Positions 1 to 8,579 of a stretch of 64,000 nucleotides of DNA are shown here, one piece after another (position 1 is the first letter of the stretch; the number at the start of each line of letters is the position of its first letter). Below the pieces are notes generated by a model. It searched no databases and was not told the origin of the DNA. It saw only the letters and a program-made list of their open reading frames with translations. This stretch comes from an uncultured candidatus Porisulfidus sp. (GTDB lineage: Bacteria > Pseudomonadota > Gammaproteobacteria > Poriferisulfidales > Poriferisulfidaceae): the NCBI GenBank assembly GCA_965116025.1, contig OZ220480.1:1024001-1088000 (forward strand). The letters are read 5' to 3'. Position numbers and translations under genes: made by a program.

Positions 1-618
1 GTGGACCACCAGATCGGCGCCGTGATCAATCGGATTGCATAGCGCCGGCGTCGCCAGCGTGTTGTCGATGATCAGCGGAACGCCATGCTCGCGCGCCGCG
101 TCGGCGAGGCCCCGAACGTCGCACATCGTGCCGCCCGGATTGGCCAAGCTCTCGCTGAAGACGGCGCGGGTGCGCTCGTTGCAGGCCCGACGGACGTTGT
201 CCGGATCGTCCGGGTCGACGAACGCGACCTTCCAGCCGAAACGGTCGAAGGAGTGCCCGAACTGCGTGATCGAGCCGCCGTACAGCTTGTTGGACGCGAC
301 GAACTCGTCGCCCGCTCTCATCAGGCCGAACAGGGCCAGCATTTGCGCGGAATGGCCAGAGGCCGTGCACACCGCGCCCACTCCTCCTTCCAGGTCGGCC
401 ATGCGGTCCTGCAGCGCGCTGACCGTGGGGTTGGTCAGGCGCGAATAGATGAAACCCGCCTCGTCCAGGTTGAACAGCCGGGCGGCGTGCTCGACGTCCT
501 GAAAGACGAAGGCGGCCGACTGATGGATGGGAGCGACCCGGGCGCCGGTGGCTGGGTCCGGCGCGGCTCCGGCGTGGATGGCTCGGGTTCGCAGGCCGTA
601 GGGCTTGGTCGCGCTCAT
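1..618 (-). CDS. metY: O-acetylhomoserine/O-acetylserine sulfhydrylase (PLP-dependent, Cys/Met metabolism family), 3' end outside window
   Basis: Manual translation from ATG at 618: MSATKPYGLRTRAIHAGAAPDPATGARVAPIHQSAAFVF...LFNLDEAGFIYSRLTNPT, the typical OAH sulfhydrylase N-terminus. Absent from the ORF track because it runs off the window edge. Confidence 0.88.
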   Translation of the reverse strand, partial: MSATKPYGLRTRAIHAGAAPDPATGARVAPIHQSAAFVFQDVEHAARLFNLDEAGFIYSRLTNPTVSALQDRMADLEGGVGAVCTASGHSAQMLALFGLMRAGDEFVASNKLYGGSITQFGHSFDRFGWKVAFVDPDDPDNVRRACNERTRAVFSESLANPGGTMCDVRGLADAAREHGVPLIIDNTLATPALCNPIDHGADLVVH

Positions 619-636
619 GTCTCGAACTCCTAATCT

Positions 637-1176
637 TTATGAAGGGCGATTCGCTTCGTGGCGATTCTTGGTTTCCACGTAGTGGGCCGCCGAGTACCGC
701 AGGAACTCGATCTCCTCGGGACTCAGGTCGCGCAACTTTCGGGCTGGGCTCCCGATCCAGAGGCCTCCTCCCTCAAGGCGCCTGCCGGGCGGCACCAGAC
801 ACCCGGCTCCAATCATGCTTTCGGTCTCAATGACGGCCCCGTCCAGAATGATCGAGCCCATCCCGATCAGGCATCGGTCGCCGATCTCGCAGGCGTGGGC
901 GATGACCCGGTGGCCCACCGTCACGTCGTCTCCGATACTGACGGCGTATCCCCCGGGAGAGTATTCGCAATCGTGCGTGACGTGCACGACGCTGCCGTCC
1001 TGGATGTTGGTTCGAGCCCCGATTCGAATCGAGTGGACGTCCCCGCGCAAGACGGTCATGGGCCAGACCGAGCTGTCGTCGCCCAAGCGAACGTCTCCGA
1101 TCACCAGCGCCCGCTCGTCGACATAGGCGGTATCGGCGATGTTGGGCGTTCGGCCCTCGAATGTTCGGATGCTCAT
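637..1176 (-). CDS. gamma-class carbonic anhydrase family protein (YrdA-like, hexapeptide repeats)
   Basis: MSIRTFEGRTP...VIGDVRLGDDSSVWPMTVLRGDV...NIQDGSVVH...TVGHRVIAH; left-handed beta-helix motifs with His ligands. Start trimmed to ATG 1176. Confidence 0.9.
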   Translation of the reverse strand: MSIRTFEGRTPNIADTAYVDERALVIGDVRLGDDSSVWPMTVLRGDVHSIRIGARTNIQDGSVVHVTHDCEYSPGGYAVSIGDDVTVGHRVIAHACEIGDRCLIGMGSIILDGAVIETESMIGAGCLVPPGRRLEGGGLWIGSPARKLRDLSPEEIEFLRYSAAHYVETKNRHEANRPS

Positions 1177-1198
1177 GAAAAAGCGGGGCAAGGACCGA

Positions 1199-2434
1199 TT
1201 ATACGGACGAGAACCTTTTTTCCACGTAATCGCGCAGCATTCCCTGGAATTCCTCGGCGATTCTCTCTCCGCTGAGGGTTCGCGCCCGCTCTCCATCCAC
1301 GTATACCGGGGCGCTCGGGTTCTCGTTGGAGCCTGGCAAGCTGATCCCGATATCGGCATGCCGGCTCTCGCCCGGGCCGTTGACGACGCAACCCATCACC
1401 GCCACGTTCAGGTTCTCGACTCCCGGGTAGCGCTTTTTCCACGCGGGCATCTGCTCGGCGATATAGCGCTCGATGTCTCGCGCCAGGCGCTGGAAATAGT
1501 CGCTGCTGGTCCGACCGCAACCCGGACAGGCCGTCACCGCGGGCATGAAGTGGCGGAGGCCGAGACTCTGCAGCAGGTCGCAGGCGACCCGAACCTCCCC
1601 GGTTCTCTTTCCACCGGGCTCGGGAGTCAGCGAAACCCGAAGGGTATCCCCGATCCCGCGTTGCAGGAGCAAGGCGAGCGCCGCGCTGCTGGAGACGATG
1701 GCGCGGGTGCCCATGCCGGCCTCGGTCAGTCCCAGGTGCAACGGATAGTCGCAACGCCGGGCCAGCTCGGCATACGCCTGGACGACTAGAGAGACCCGGC
1801 TCATCTTGCACGACAGCACGATAGCGTCATGCGGCAGGCCGATCTCCTCGGCTTGGGCGGCGCTGCGCAAGGCCGACTGAACCATGGCCTCCCGCTGCAC
1901 CTCGGTGGCGTCCCGGGGGACATCGAGCTTGGCGTTCTCGTCCATCAGCTCGGTCAGCAGGGCTGGGTCGAGGCTTCCCCAGTTGACGCCGATCCGCACG
2001 GGTTTCCGATGGCGGCAGGCGAGCTCGATGAACTGGGCGAAGTGGGGGTCGCGCGAGCTGCCGCGCCCGACGTTGCCCGGATTGACGCGGTATTTGTCCA
2101 GCGCCTGGGCGCATTCCGGGAACTCCGCCAGAAGCTTGTGCCCGTTGTAGTGGAAGTCCCCGATCAATGGCACGGTGACGCCAAGAACTTCCAGTCGCTC
2201 GCGAACGCGCGGGACGGCCGCCGCCGCGGCCCGGTCGTTGACGGTCAGCCGAACCAGCTCGGACCCGGATCGCGCCAGCTCCCCGACTTGCGCGACCGTC
2301 GCCGCGACATTGGCGGTAGGCGTGTCGGTCATGGATTGCACGGCGACGGGATGCGTGGAGCCAAGCATGACCGAGCCGACGCGCACGGCGACGGTCTCGC
2401 GGCGGGAAGAGAAGACGGGATTTGGAGCGTTCAC
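1199..2434 (-). CDS. ispG: (E)-4-hydroxy-3-methylbut-2-enyl-diphosphate synthase
   Basis: [59 protein letters not shown]. Confidence 0.97.
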   Translation of the reverse strand: MNAPNPVFSSRRETVAVRVGSVMLGSTHPVAVQSMTDTPTANVAATVAQVGELARSGSELVRLTVNDRAAAAAVPRVRERLEVLGVTVPLIGDFHYNGHKLLAEFPECAQALDKYRVNPGNVGRGSSRDPHFAQFIELACRHRKPVRIGVNWGSLDPALLTELMDENAKLDVPRDATEVQREAMVQSALRSAAQAEEIGLPHDAIVLSCKMSRVSLVVQAYAELARRCDYPLHLGLTEAGMGTRAIVSSSAALALLLQRGIGDTLRVSLTPEPGGKRTGEVRVACDLLQSLGLRHFMPAVTACPGCGRTSSDYFQRLARDIERYIAEQMPAWKKRYPGVENLNVAVMGCVVNGPGESRHADIGISLPGSNENPSAPVYVDGERARTLSGERIAEEFQGMLRDYVEKRFSSV

Positions 2435-2490
2435 TGGGTGCGAGTAAGATTCCGCGCGATTCTCGCGGCGTTCGCCAGAAATTATATGTG

Positions 2491-3171
2491 ATGCGCTCCC
2501 ATTCGCGCGGCGTGCTCGTTACCGGAACCGATACCGGAGTCGGAAAGACTTGGGTGGCGGCCCGCTTGATTCGCGATCTGCGGAGACAGGGGGAGGACCC
2601 GCGCCCCCTGAAACCCGTCGAATCGGGATGCGTGGAGGTCGCGGGAACGCTGCGCGCCCGGGACGCGGAGGTGTTGCGCGCGGCGGCGCGGCTGGCCGAA
2701 TCGGAGCCGGTCGCGCTACGAAAGCTACGCGCTCCGATCGCGCCCATGCTGGCGGCGCGGCGGGAAGGGGTCCCGATCTGGATGCGAGACTTGATCGACT
2801 TTTGCCATCGCGATGGAGCGCTGGTCGTCGAGGGCGCGGGAGGGTGGAGAACTCCCTTGGCCGAGGACGGAGACGCGCAATCTCTCGCCATGAGTCTGGG
2901 ATTGCCGGTTCTGGTGGTGGTCGAGGATCGCTTGGGCGCCATCAACCAAGGTCTGCTGACTTGCGAGGCGGTGCGAGAGTCGGGCGCTCGCCTCGCGGGC
3001 GTCGTGCTCAACCGAATCAAGTCTAAAAAGGAGAGCTTCGGGAACTTTCCCGTTCTTGAGGGCGCTCTGGACGGAACGCCGATTTGGCGGACCGGACCCG
3101 GAGTTTGGCTCGACGAGAGGCGGGCGCGTCATCTGATCTCGACGTTCTTGACGATCCCGGCAGGCCGCTGA
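2491..3171 (+). CDS. bioD: dethiobiotin synthase
   Basis: [30 protein letters not shown]; start trimmed to ATG 2491. Confidence 0.92.
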   Translation: MRSHSRGVLVTGTDTGVGKTWVAARLIRDLRRQGEDPRPLKPVESGCVEVAGTLRARDAEVLRAAARLAESEPVALRKLRAPIAPMLAARREGVPIWMRDLIDFCHRDGALVVEGAGGWRTPLAEDGDAQSLAMSLGLPVLVVVEDRLGAINQGLLTCEAVRESGARLAGVVLNRIKSKKESFGNFPVLEGALDGTPIWRTGPGVWLDERRARHLISTFLTIPAGR

Positions 3172-3986
3172 TGCCCGAACTGCCGGAAGTGGAGACGGCG
3201 CGGCGCGGGATCGCGCCATACCTGGTCGGAGAAGAGGTCGACCGGATGGTCATTCGGCAACGTCGGTTGCGCTGGACGATCAGCCGGGCGCTCCCGGACG
3301 CGGTCGAGAATCAGCGCGTCCGGACGGTCCGGCGTCGCGCCAAATATCTGCTGATCGAGTTGGCGGCGGGACACTTGATCTGGCATCTCGGCATGTCGGG
3401 CTCGTTGCGGGCGCTTCGGGACCCGCCCGCGCCAGGGCCCCACGACCATGTGGATCTGCGCTTGAAAAATGGCGCGGTCCTGCGGTTTCGAGATCCGCGT
3501 CGATTCGGGAGCCTGCACTGGACTCGCGCCGACCCCGCGCGGCATCGATTGCTGAAAGACCTCGGACCGGAGCCGCTGGGCGAGGAGTTCGGCGGAGATT
3601 GGATGTACGCCCGGTCGCGCGGACGCTCGGTCGCGGTCAAGAACTTCCTGATGGACTCGCGGGTGGTCGCGGGGATGGGCAACATCTACGCGAACGAGGC
3701 CTTGTTTCGGGCGGGAATCTCGCCGGTCCGCGCGGCGGGGAGAATCGGGAGGGATCGCTATCGAGATCTCGCCAAGGCGATGAGGACGGTGCTGGAACAG
3801 GCGATCCGGGCCGGAGGGACGACGTTGCGAGATTTCGCGAAAGCGGAGGGAGAGCCGGGGTATTTCGCCCAAGAGCTCCAAGTCTACGGACGCGCGAGCG
3901 AGGCGTGCCCCCGGTGCGGAGGACTGTTGCGCGGTCGAAGAATCGGCCAGCGCTCAAGCGTCTATTGCCCGCGGTGCCAGACCTGA
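3171..3986 (+). CDS. mutM: formamidopyrimidine-DNA glycosylase
   Basis: MPELPEVE N-terminus, HLGMSG, DPRRFG, GNIYANE, C-terminal zinc finger CPRC...CPRCQ. Confidence 0.97.
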   Translation: MPELPEVETARRGIAPYLVGEEVDRMVIRQRRLRWTISRALPDAVENQRVRTVRRRAKYLLIELAAGHLIWHLGMSGSLRALRDPPAPGPHDHVDLRLKNGAVLRFRDPRRFGSLHWTRADPARHRLLKDLGPEPLGEEFGGDWMYARSRGRSVAVKNFLMDSRVVAGMGNIYANEALFRAGISPVRAAGRIGRDRYRDLAKAMRTVLEQAIRAGGTTLRDFAKAEGEPGYFAQELQVYGRASEACPRCGGLLRGRRIGQRSSVYCPRCQT

Positions 3987-4004
3987 AGACGGCGCTTTGG
4001 CCGA

Positions 4005-4988
4005 TCAGGCTTCGGAGCGTTCCAACCTTCGCGCTCGGTCGGCTCTCTCCTTTTCCACCTCGTACAAGGAAGACGGAAGAGGAAACCGCACGTTCTCCTC
4101 GATTCCGTCCATCGTGGAAATTTCCAGCTCCGCGTGCTCGCGCAGCGTCGTGATCAGATCCTGCACCAGTTCCTCGGGGGTCGACGCGCCGGCGGTGATT
4201 CCGACCGTCTCTTTTCCGCGCAACCACTTGGGGTCGATTTTCTTGGGATCCTCGACCAGATAGCTCGGGACCCCGCTGTCGTTCCCGACTTCGCACAAGC
4301 GATTCGAGTTGGAGCTGTTTCTCGCCCCCACCACGAGGATCAGGTCCACTTGGGTCGCGAGAGCGCGCACCGCGGCCTGGCGGTTCTGGGTGGCGTAGCA
4401 GATGTCCTTGATGTCGGGCCCGGCGATTTTCGGGAAACGTCTCCGCAAGGCATCGATGATCTCCCGGGTATCGTCGACGGACAGGGTCGTCTGCGTGATG
4501 TAGGCGACCTTGTCGGGGTTGCGGATCTCTAGGGTTTCCACGTCCTCCACGCTACTGATCAGCAACACCGCTCCCTGGATCTGTCCGAGAGTTCCCTCGA
4601 CCTCGGGGTGGTTCTCATGCCCGATCAGGATGATATCGTAATCTTGGTCGGCGTAGCGCTTTCCCTGCTTATGCACTTTCGAGACTAAGGGGCATGTGGC
4701 GTCGATCGCCTGCAGGTCCCGCCGCGCGGCGGCTTGCTCAACTTTCTGGGAGACGCCGTGCGCGCTGAACACGGCGATCGCGTCGTCGGGGATCTGGTCG
4801 AGCTCTTCCACGAACTTAACGCCTTTCGCCTTCAGATTTTCCACGACGCGTCGGTTGTGGACGATCTCGTGCCGGACGTAAATCGGCGGGCTATAGAAAT
4901 TCAATGCCTCCTCGACGATCTCGATGGCCCGGTCGACTCCGGCGCAAAATCCGCGCGGCTTGGCCAAGACAACTTTCATCATTCTCAT
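4005..4988 (-). CDS. ispH: 4-hydroxy-3-methylbut-2-enyl diphosphate reductase
   Basis: [56 protein letters not shown]. Confidence 0.97.
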   Translation of the reverse strand: MRMMKVVLAKPRGFCAGVDRAIEIVEEALNFYSPPIYVRHEIVHNRRVVENLKAKGVKFVEELDQIPDDAIAVFSAHGVSQKVEQAAARRDLQAIDATCPLVSKVHKQGKRYADQDYDIILIGHENHPEVEGTLGQIQGAVLLISSVEDVETLEIRNPDKVAYITQTTLSVDDTREIIDALRRRFPKIAGPDIKDICYATQNRQAAVRALATQVDLILVVGARNSSNSNRLCEVGNDSGVPSYLVEDPKKIDPKWLRGKETVGITAGASTPEELVQDLITTLREHAELEISTMDGIEENVRFPLPSSLYEVEKERADRARRLERSEA

Positions 4989-5243
4989 TTTCCCGGATTC
5001 TTCACGCTCTGCGCCCGCGCCCGGAAATACACTCTACACTAAACCCGGTTTTTTCCGCTATCCATGCGGAGCCCGCGAGGGCGGGCTCGCCGTTCTCGCA
5101 TCGCTCGCGGGCCTTCTCCCACGGCGCGGATTCTCTCCATGGATATGGAGGGACTGGTCGTCGCCTGATCCTCGCCCTTGGTTCCTTGGCCTTTAGTTGA
5201 CACTGGCAGCGTCCATACCGGAATATCCGTCGACCTTTTCGCG

Positions 5244-6335
5244 CTACGGGACGTGCCGCGGTCCCGACCGGGTTCGCTGGAGAAAACCCATTCTGGAACG
5301 AGGGAGGCGGAGCGTCAGCGTCTGGAACAGCAGTTTCAAGACGACGTTCGAGCGAGCCGTGACGCTGGTGACCGAAACGACGGTCCGCACGTCGCGGCGC
5401 GAGATCTTCACTTCCCGCCCGCTCTGGAAAGCGGGACTCGCGTGGATGCGGCGCAGGGTCAGGACGGCCATTCCCAGCGCCCACAGGCAATGCAGGCGAA
5501 TGCCGGTCTCGTGGCGCGGGATGAGGGTGACGTACCGCAACGCGTTCGCCAAATGGTGGCGGGCGACCGCGACCAGCTCGAACAGGCCTTTGGCGAACGC
5601 GGGGCTGGATTCTTCGGTGGACAGGCGACTTAGGTCGTAGCCCGCCGCGCGGAAGACGTCGCGCGGCAACCAGCATGCCCCGCGCCGATGGTCCTCCCAA
5701 ACGTCCTTGAGAATATTGGTCATCTGCAACCCTTGCCCGAAAGAGACCGCCAAGGCGAGCAACTCCTCGCGCCGCTCGTCGATTTCCGAGGAATAGTCGC
5801 AGAAAAGCTCGGTCAGCATCTCGCCGACCACGCCAGCGACGTAATAGCAATACTGGTCCATGCCGGACAGGTCGTCCAGACCATCGGGAGTCGCGTTTCG
5901 CTGAAACTCGGACATGCCACGCGCCATGATTCGCACGCAACGACCAAGGATCTCTCTCTGGGCGGGGCGGAAGCCGTGGGTGATCCGAATGACCCGATCC
6001 GTGTTGGAGATCAGGTCATGCTCGTCTTCCGTGGTCGAGGAAGATAGCGACAGCCCCAGATCTCGGGCGAAAGGTTCCGGATGTTCTTGATCCGCGATGA
6101 TCTTGATGAATCGCTCCGAGAAGGCGCGTTTTCGCTCCGCGGACAGACGGGGCTCGTCCTCGATGGTGTCCGCGATGCGGCACAGAAGATAGGCGTTGCC
6201 CACCACGTCGCGCAACGCCGCGGGGAGGCGGGGGATGGTGAGGGCGAAGGTGCGGGAGACTCCCTGCAGGATTTTTTCTTGGTAAGCGAGGTCGCCAGTG
6301 CCGCCGGTCGGTCTTTTTGGCATGGAAGAGGACAT
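5244..6335 (-). CDS. squalene/phytoene synthase family protein (squalene-synthase-like)
   Basis: VSRTFALTI, YLLCRIADTIEDE, YCYYVAGVVG, GQGLQMTNILKDVWED; adjacent to ispA and ispH. Confidence 0.85.
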   Translation of the reverse strand: MSSSMPKRPTGGTGDLAYQEKILQGVSRTFALTIPRLPAALRDVVGNAYLLCRIADTIEDEPRLSAERKRAFSERFIKIIADQEHPEPFARDLGLSLSSSTTEDEHDLISNTDRVIRITHGFRPAQREILGRCVRIMARGMSEFQRNATPDGLDDLSGMDQYCYYVAGVVGEMLTELFCDYSSEIDERREELLALAVSFGQGLQMTNILKDVWEDHRRGACWLPRDVFRAAGYDLSRLSTEESSPAFAKGLFELVAVARHHLANALRYVTLIPRHETGIRLHCLWALGMAVLTLRRIHASPAFQSGREVKISRRDVRTVVSVTSVTARSNVVLKLLFQTLTLRLPRSRMGFLQRTRSGPRHVP

Positions 6336-6390
6336 GGGGTTTCAGGCGACTGGCTCTATGGCCGCGCGCGACCGTCATGATTCTCGCGCT

Positions 6391-7287
6391 TCACGTGGCG
6401 CGAGAGCGTTTGGCGGTCTTTCCGCTCTCGGAGCCAGCGGTGAGCCAGCGGCCAAGCGCGCGCAACGGGTCCGCCCGGTCTCCAAAAACGTCCAGCGCCC
6501 GCGACGCCTCCTCGCCCAGTTCGGAGAGTCGCTCGCGACTTTCTTGAGCGCCCAGAAGGACGGGATAGGTGGGACGCATGCCATCTTTCGCGAGCAGGGC
6601 GTCTTCTTCCATATCCTCCAGATCGTCGCGGATCTGGAACGCCAGGCCGATCGCTTTTCCGTACGTATCCAGCGCGTTCCGACGCGCGCGCTCGACCCGC
6701 GCCAGCTCGGTTGGCAACATGACCGCGGCATGGAACAGACACCCGGTCTTGAGCCGATACACCTGATCGAGAAAATCGATGCCGCACTCCGTCATGCGCT
6801 CCAGTTCCATATCCATCTGCTGGCCTCCCACCATTCCCAGCGAGCCCGCCGCCTCGCACAGGCGCTCGACTCCCGCGCCGCGCTGGGCGTCGGACGATTC
6901 CGGATCACCCGCCACCTCGACGATGGCGCGCATGAGCAGAGCGTTGCCCGCCATCAAGGCCGTCGCCTCTCCGTACGCCGCATGACAGGAGGGCCGCCCT
7001 CGCCGCCTGTCGTCATCGTCCATGCAGGGCAAGTCGTCGTGCACCAGGGAATAGGCGTGCACCAATTCCAGCGCGCAGGCCAGGCGGTCGAGTCGTTCCG
7101 GCCCGATCCCCAAAGCCTGGCCAGAGGCATAGACGAGACCGCCCCGAACGCATTTTCCGGGAACTAGCGCGCTATGCCGCATGGCCGCGTGCAGTTTCGT
7201 GGGAGGGGTGTTCGCGCTCGGCAGGATTTTCTCTAGCCGGTCGATGATGCGCTGGCGTGAGGGAGCGAGCAGTGCGGCTGGATTCAT
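6391..7287 (-). CDS. ispA: farnesyl diphosphate synthase / geranyltranstransferase
   Basis: HAYSLVHDDLPCMDDDDRRRG (first Asp-rich motif), GQQMD, KTG, FQIRDD. Confidence 0.9.
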   Translation of the reverse strand: MNPAALLAPSRQRIIDRLEKILPSANTPPTKLHAAMRHSALVPGKCVRGGLVYASGQALGIGPERLDRLACALELVHAYSLVHDDLPCMDDDDRRRGRPSCHAAYGEATALMAGNALLMRAIVEVAGDPESSDAQRGAGVERLCEAAGSLGMVGGQQMDMELERMTECGIDFLDQVYRLKTGCLFHAAVMLPTELARVERARRNALDTYGKAIGLAFQIRDDLEDMEEDALLAKDGMRPTYPVLLGAQESRERLSELGEEASRALDVFGDRADPLRALGRWLTAGSESGKTAKRSRAT

Positions 7288-7377
7288 GATGGACGGTCTC
7301 TGGAGCGTGGATTAGAAGCGATGGTTCGGGCGCGTTGGGGGAAAACCGTCACCGGCCTCTCCGGTTAATGCCCAACG

Positions 7378-7461
7378 GCGGCTCTCGTGATAGCCGCCGC
7401 CGTTCTTGGCGCGCGGAATGATGTGATCGATCTCCAGGCTCTAGATGCCCAGTTTCCCGCC
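7378..7461 (-). pseudogene. HNH endonuclease gene remnant
   Basis: Minus-strand frame reads GGKLGI*SLEIDHIIPRAKNGGGYHES; DHIIPxxxGG HNH motif preceded by an in-frame TAG at 7441-7443, with no start codon. Confidence 0.55.
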
Positions 7462-7626
7462 GCGGGCGTCGCGCGCCCTTTAAAATGGATCTCTCGGCCC
7501 CGGCCACGTTGATGTTCCTCGCGAGGCGCGAAGGCATGCTCCAGCTATTCAACGACCTCGCGCCGGAGCGAGCGCCTCCGGCAAAAGGGGCGACGCGACG
7601 GGCGCTGAGCGTTTCCTGGCTGGCTT

Positions 7627-7654
7627 TTGGCAACCTGCGCGCTATTGCTATAAT
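7627..7654 (+). promoter_or_regulatory. sigma70-type promoter for the STAS gene pair
   Basis: TTGGCA (7627-7632), 16-nt spacer, extended -10 TGcTATAAT (7646-7654). Confidence 0.6.
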
Positions 7655-7704
7655 AGCGCCTCATCACATTTCGGAGAGCCGTCATTTCCGACCACCAGTT
7701 TGAG

Positions 7705-8043
7705 TTGCGGGACGAGGACGTTCAAGGAGCGCTCGTGATCAGCGTGGCTGGTCGCGTTGATGGCGTGAACGCCCAATCTTTCCAGGAAAGCCTGAATCAG
7801 AAGGCGGACAATTCCAGCGACAGTCAGGCGATCATTCTCGACCTGGAAAGCTTGTCCTACATCAGTAGCGCGGGGTTGCGCGCGATCTTGCTTATCGCCA
7901 AAACGCTCAAGAGCAAGCGCGTGAAGTTCGCGATGTGCTCTCTGCCGGATCCCATAATGGAGATTATCCAGATCACCGGCTTTGACAAGATCATAGACAT
8001 ACATGAGTCGCGCCCAGCGGCGGTCACGGCGACGACCGGATAA
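7705..8043 (+). CDS. STAS-domain anti-sigma-factor antagonist (RsbV/SpoIIAA-like) 1
   Basis: VISVAGRVD...LDLESLSYISSAGLRAIL with the phospho-Ser motif; start uncertain (TTG 7705 or ATT 7684). Confidence 0.9.
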   Translation: MRDEDVQGALVISVAGRVDGVNAQSFQESLNQKADNSSDSQAIILDLESLSYISSAGLRAILLIAKTLKSKRVKFAMCSLPDPIMEIIQITGFDKIIDIHESRPAAVTATTG

Positions 8044-8128
8044 ATAACGCCCGTAGAGCGTTGCCAGCGAGCCGGTCACGTCATGCCGCGTTGGCGCGCG
8101 GAGTGGATTTGATGCTTGGAGGCATCGG

Positions 8129-8488
8129 GTGGTTTCTGAGGCTCAATTCGAACTGAAAAGCGAGGAGCGCGGAAGCGCGCTCGTCATTAGCGTGACCGGA
8201 CGGGTGGACGGAATGAACGCCTTCCAATTCCGGGATTCCCTGGAGCGCGGCGTCCAAAGCCATGATGGTTCCGCCGTCGTTCTGGATATGCGGAGTTTGT
8301 CCTATATCAGCAGCGCGGGGTTACGAGCGGTCTTGCTCGTCGCCGAGGCGCTGGGTCGCCAGAGCAAAAAACTCGCGGTGTGCTCGTTGTCCAAATCCAC
8401 CATGGAAGTGATCCAGGCGACCGGTTTCGACAGCATTATCGATGTCTACGTCTCCCGCTCCTCCGCGGTCGACGCGGTCACGCGGTAG
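8129..8488 (+). CDS. STAS-domain anti-sigma-factor antagonist 2
   Basis: VISVTGRVD...LDMRSLSYISSAGLRAVL; paralog of the preceding gene; GGAGG upstream of GTG. Confidence 0.9.
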   Translation: MVSEAQFELKSEERGSALVISVTGRVDGMNAFQFRDSLERGVQSHDGSAVVLDMRSLSYISSAGLRAVLLVAEALGRQSKKLAVCSLSKSTMEVIQATGFDSIIDVYVSRSSAVDAVTR

Positions 8489-8579
8489 GCGGGCGGCAGG
8501 GGAGCGCGCCTCCCGCTGGTGATCGATCGCGTCCGAAGCTTTTGGGATCGCGTTCGAGGGGAAAGAATGAACTGGCCGC

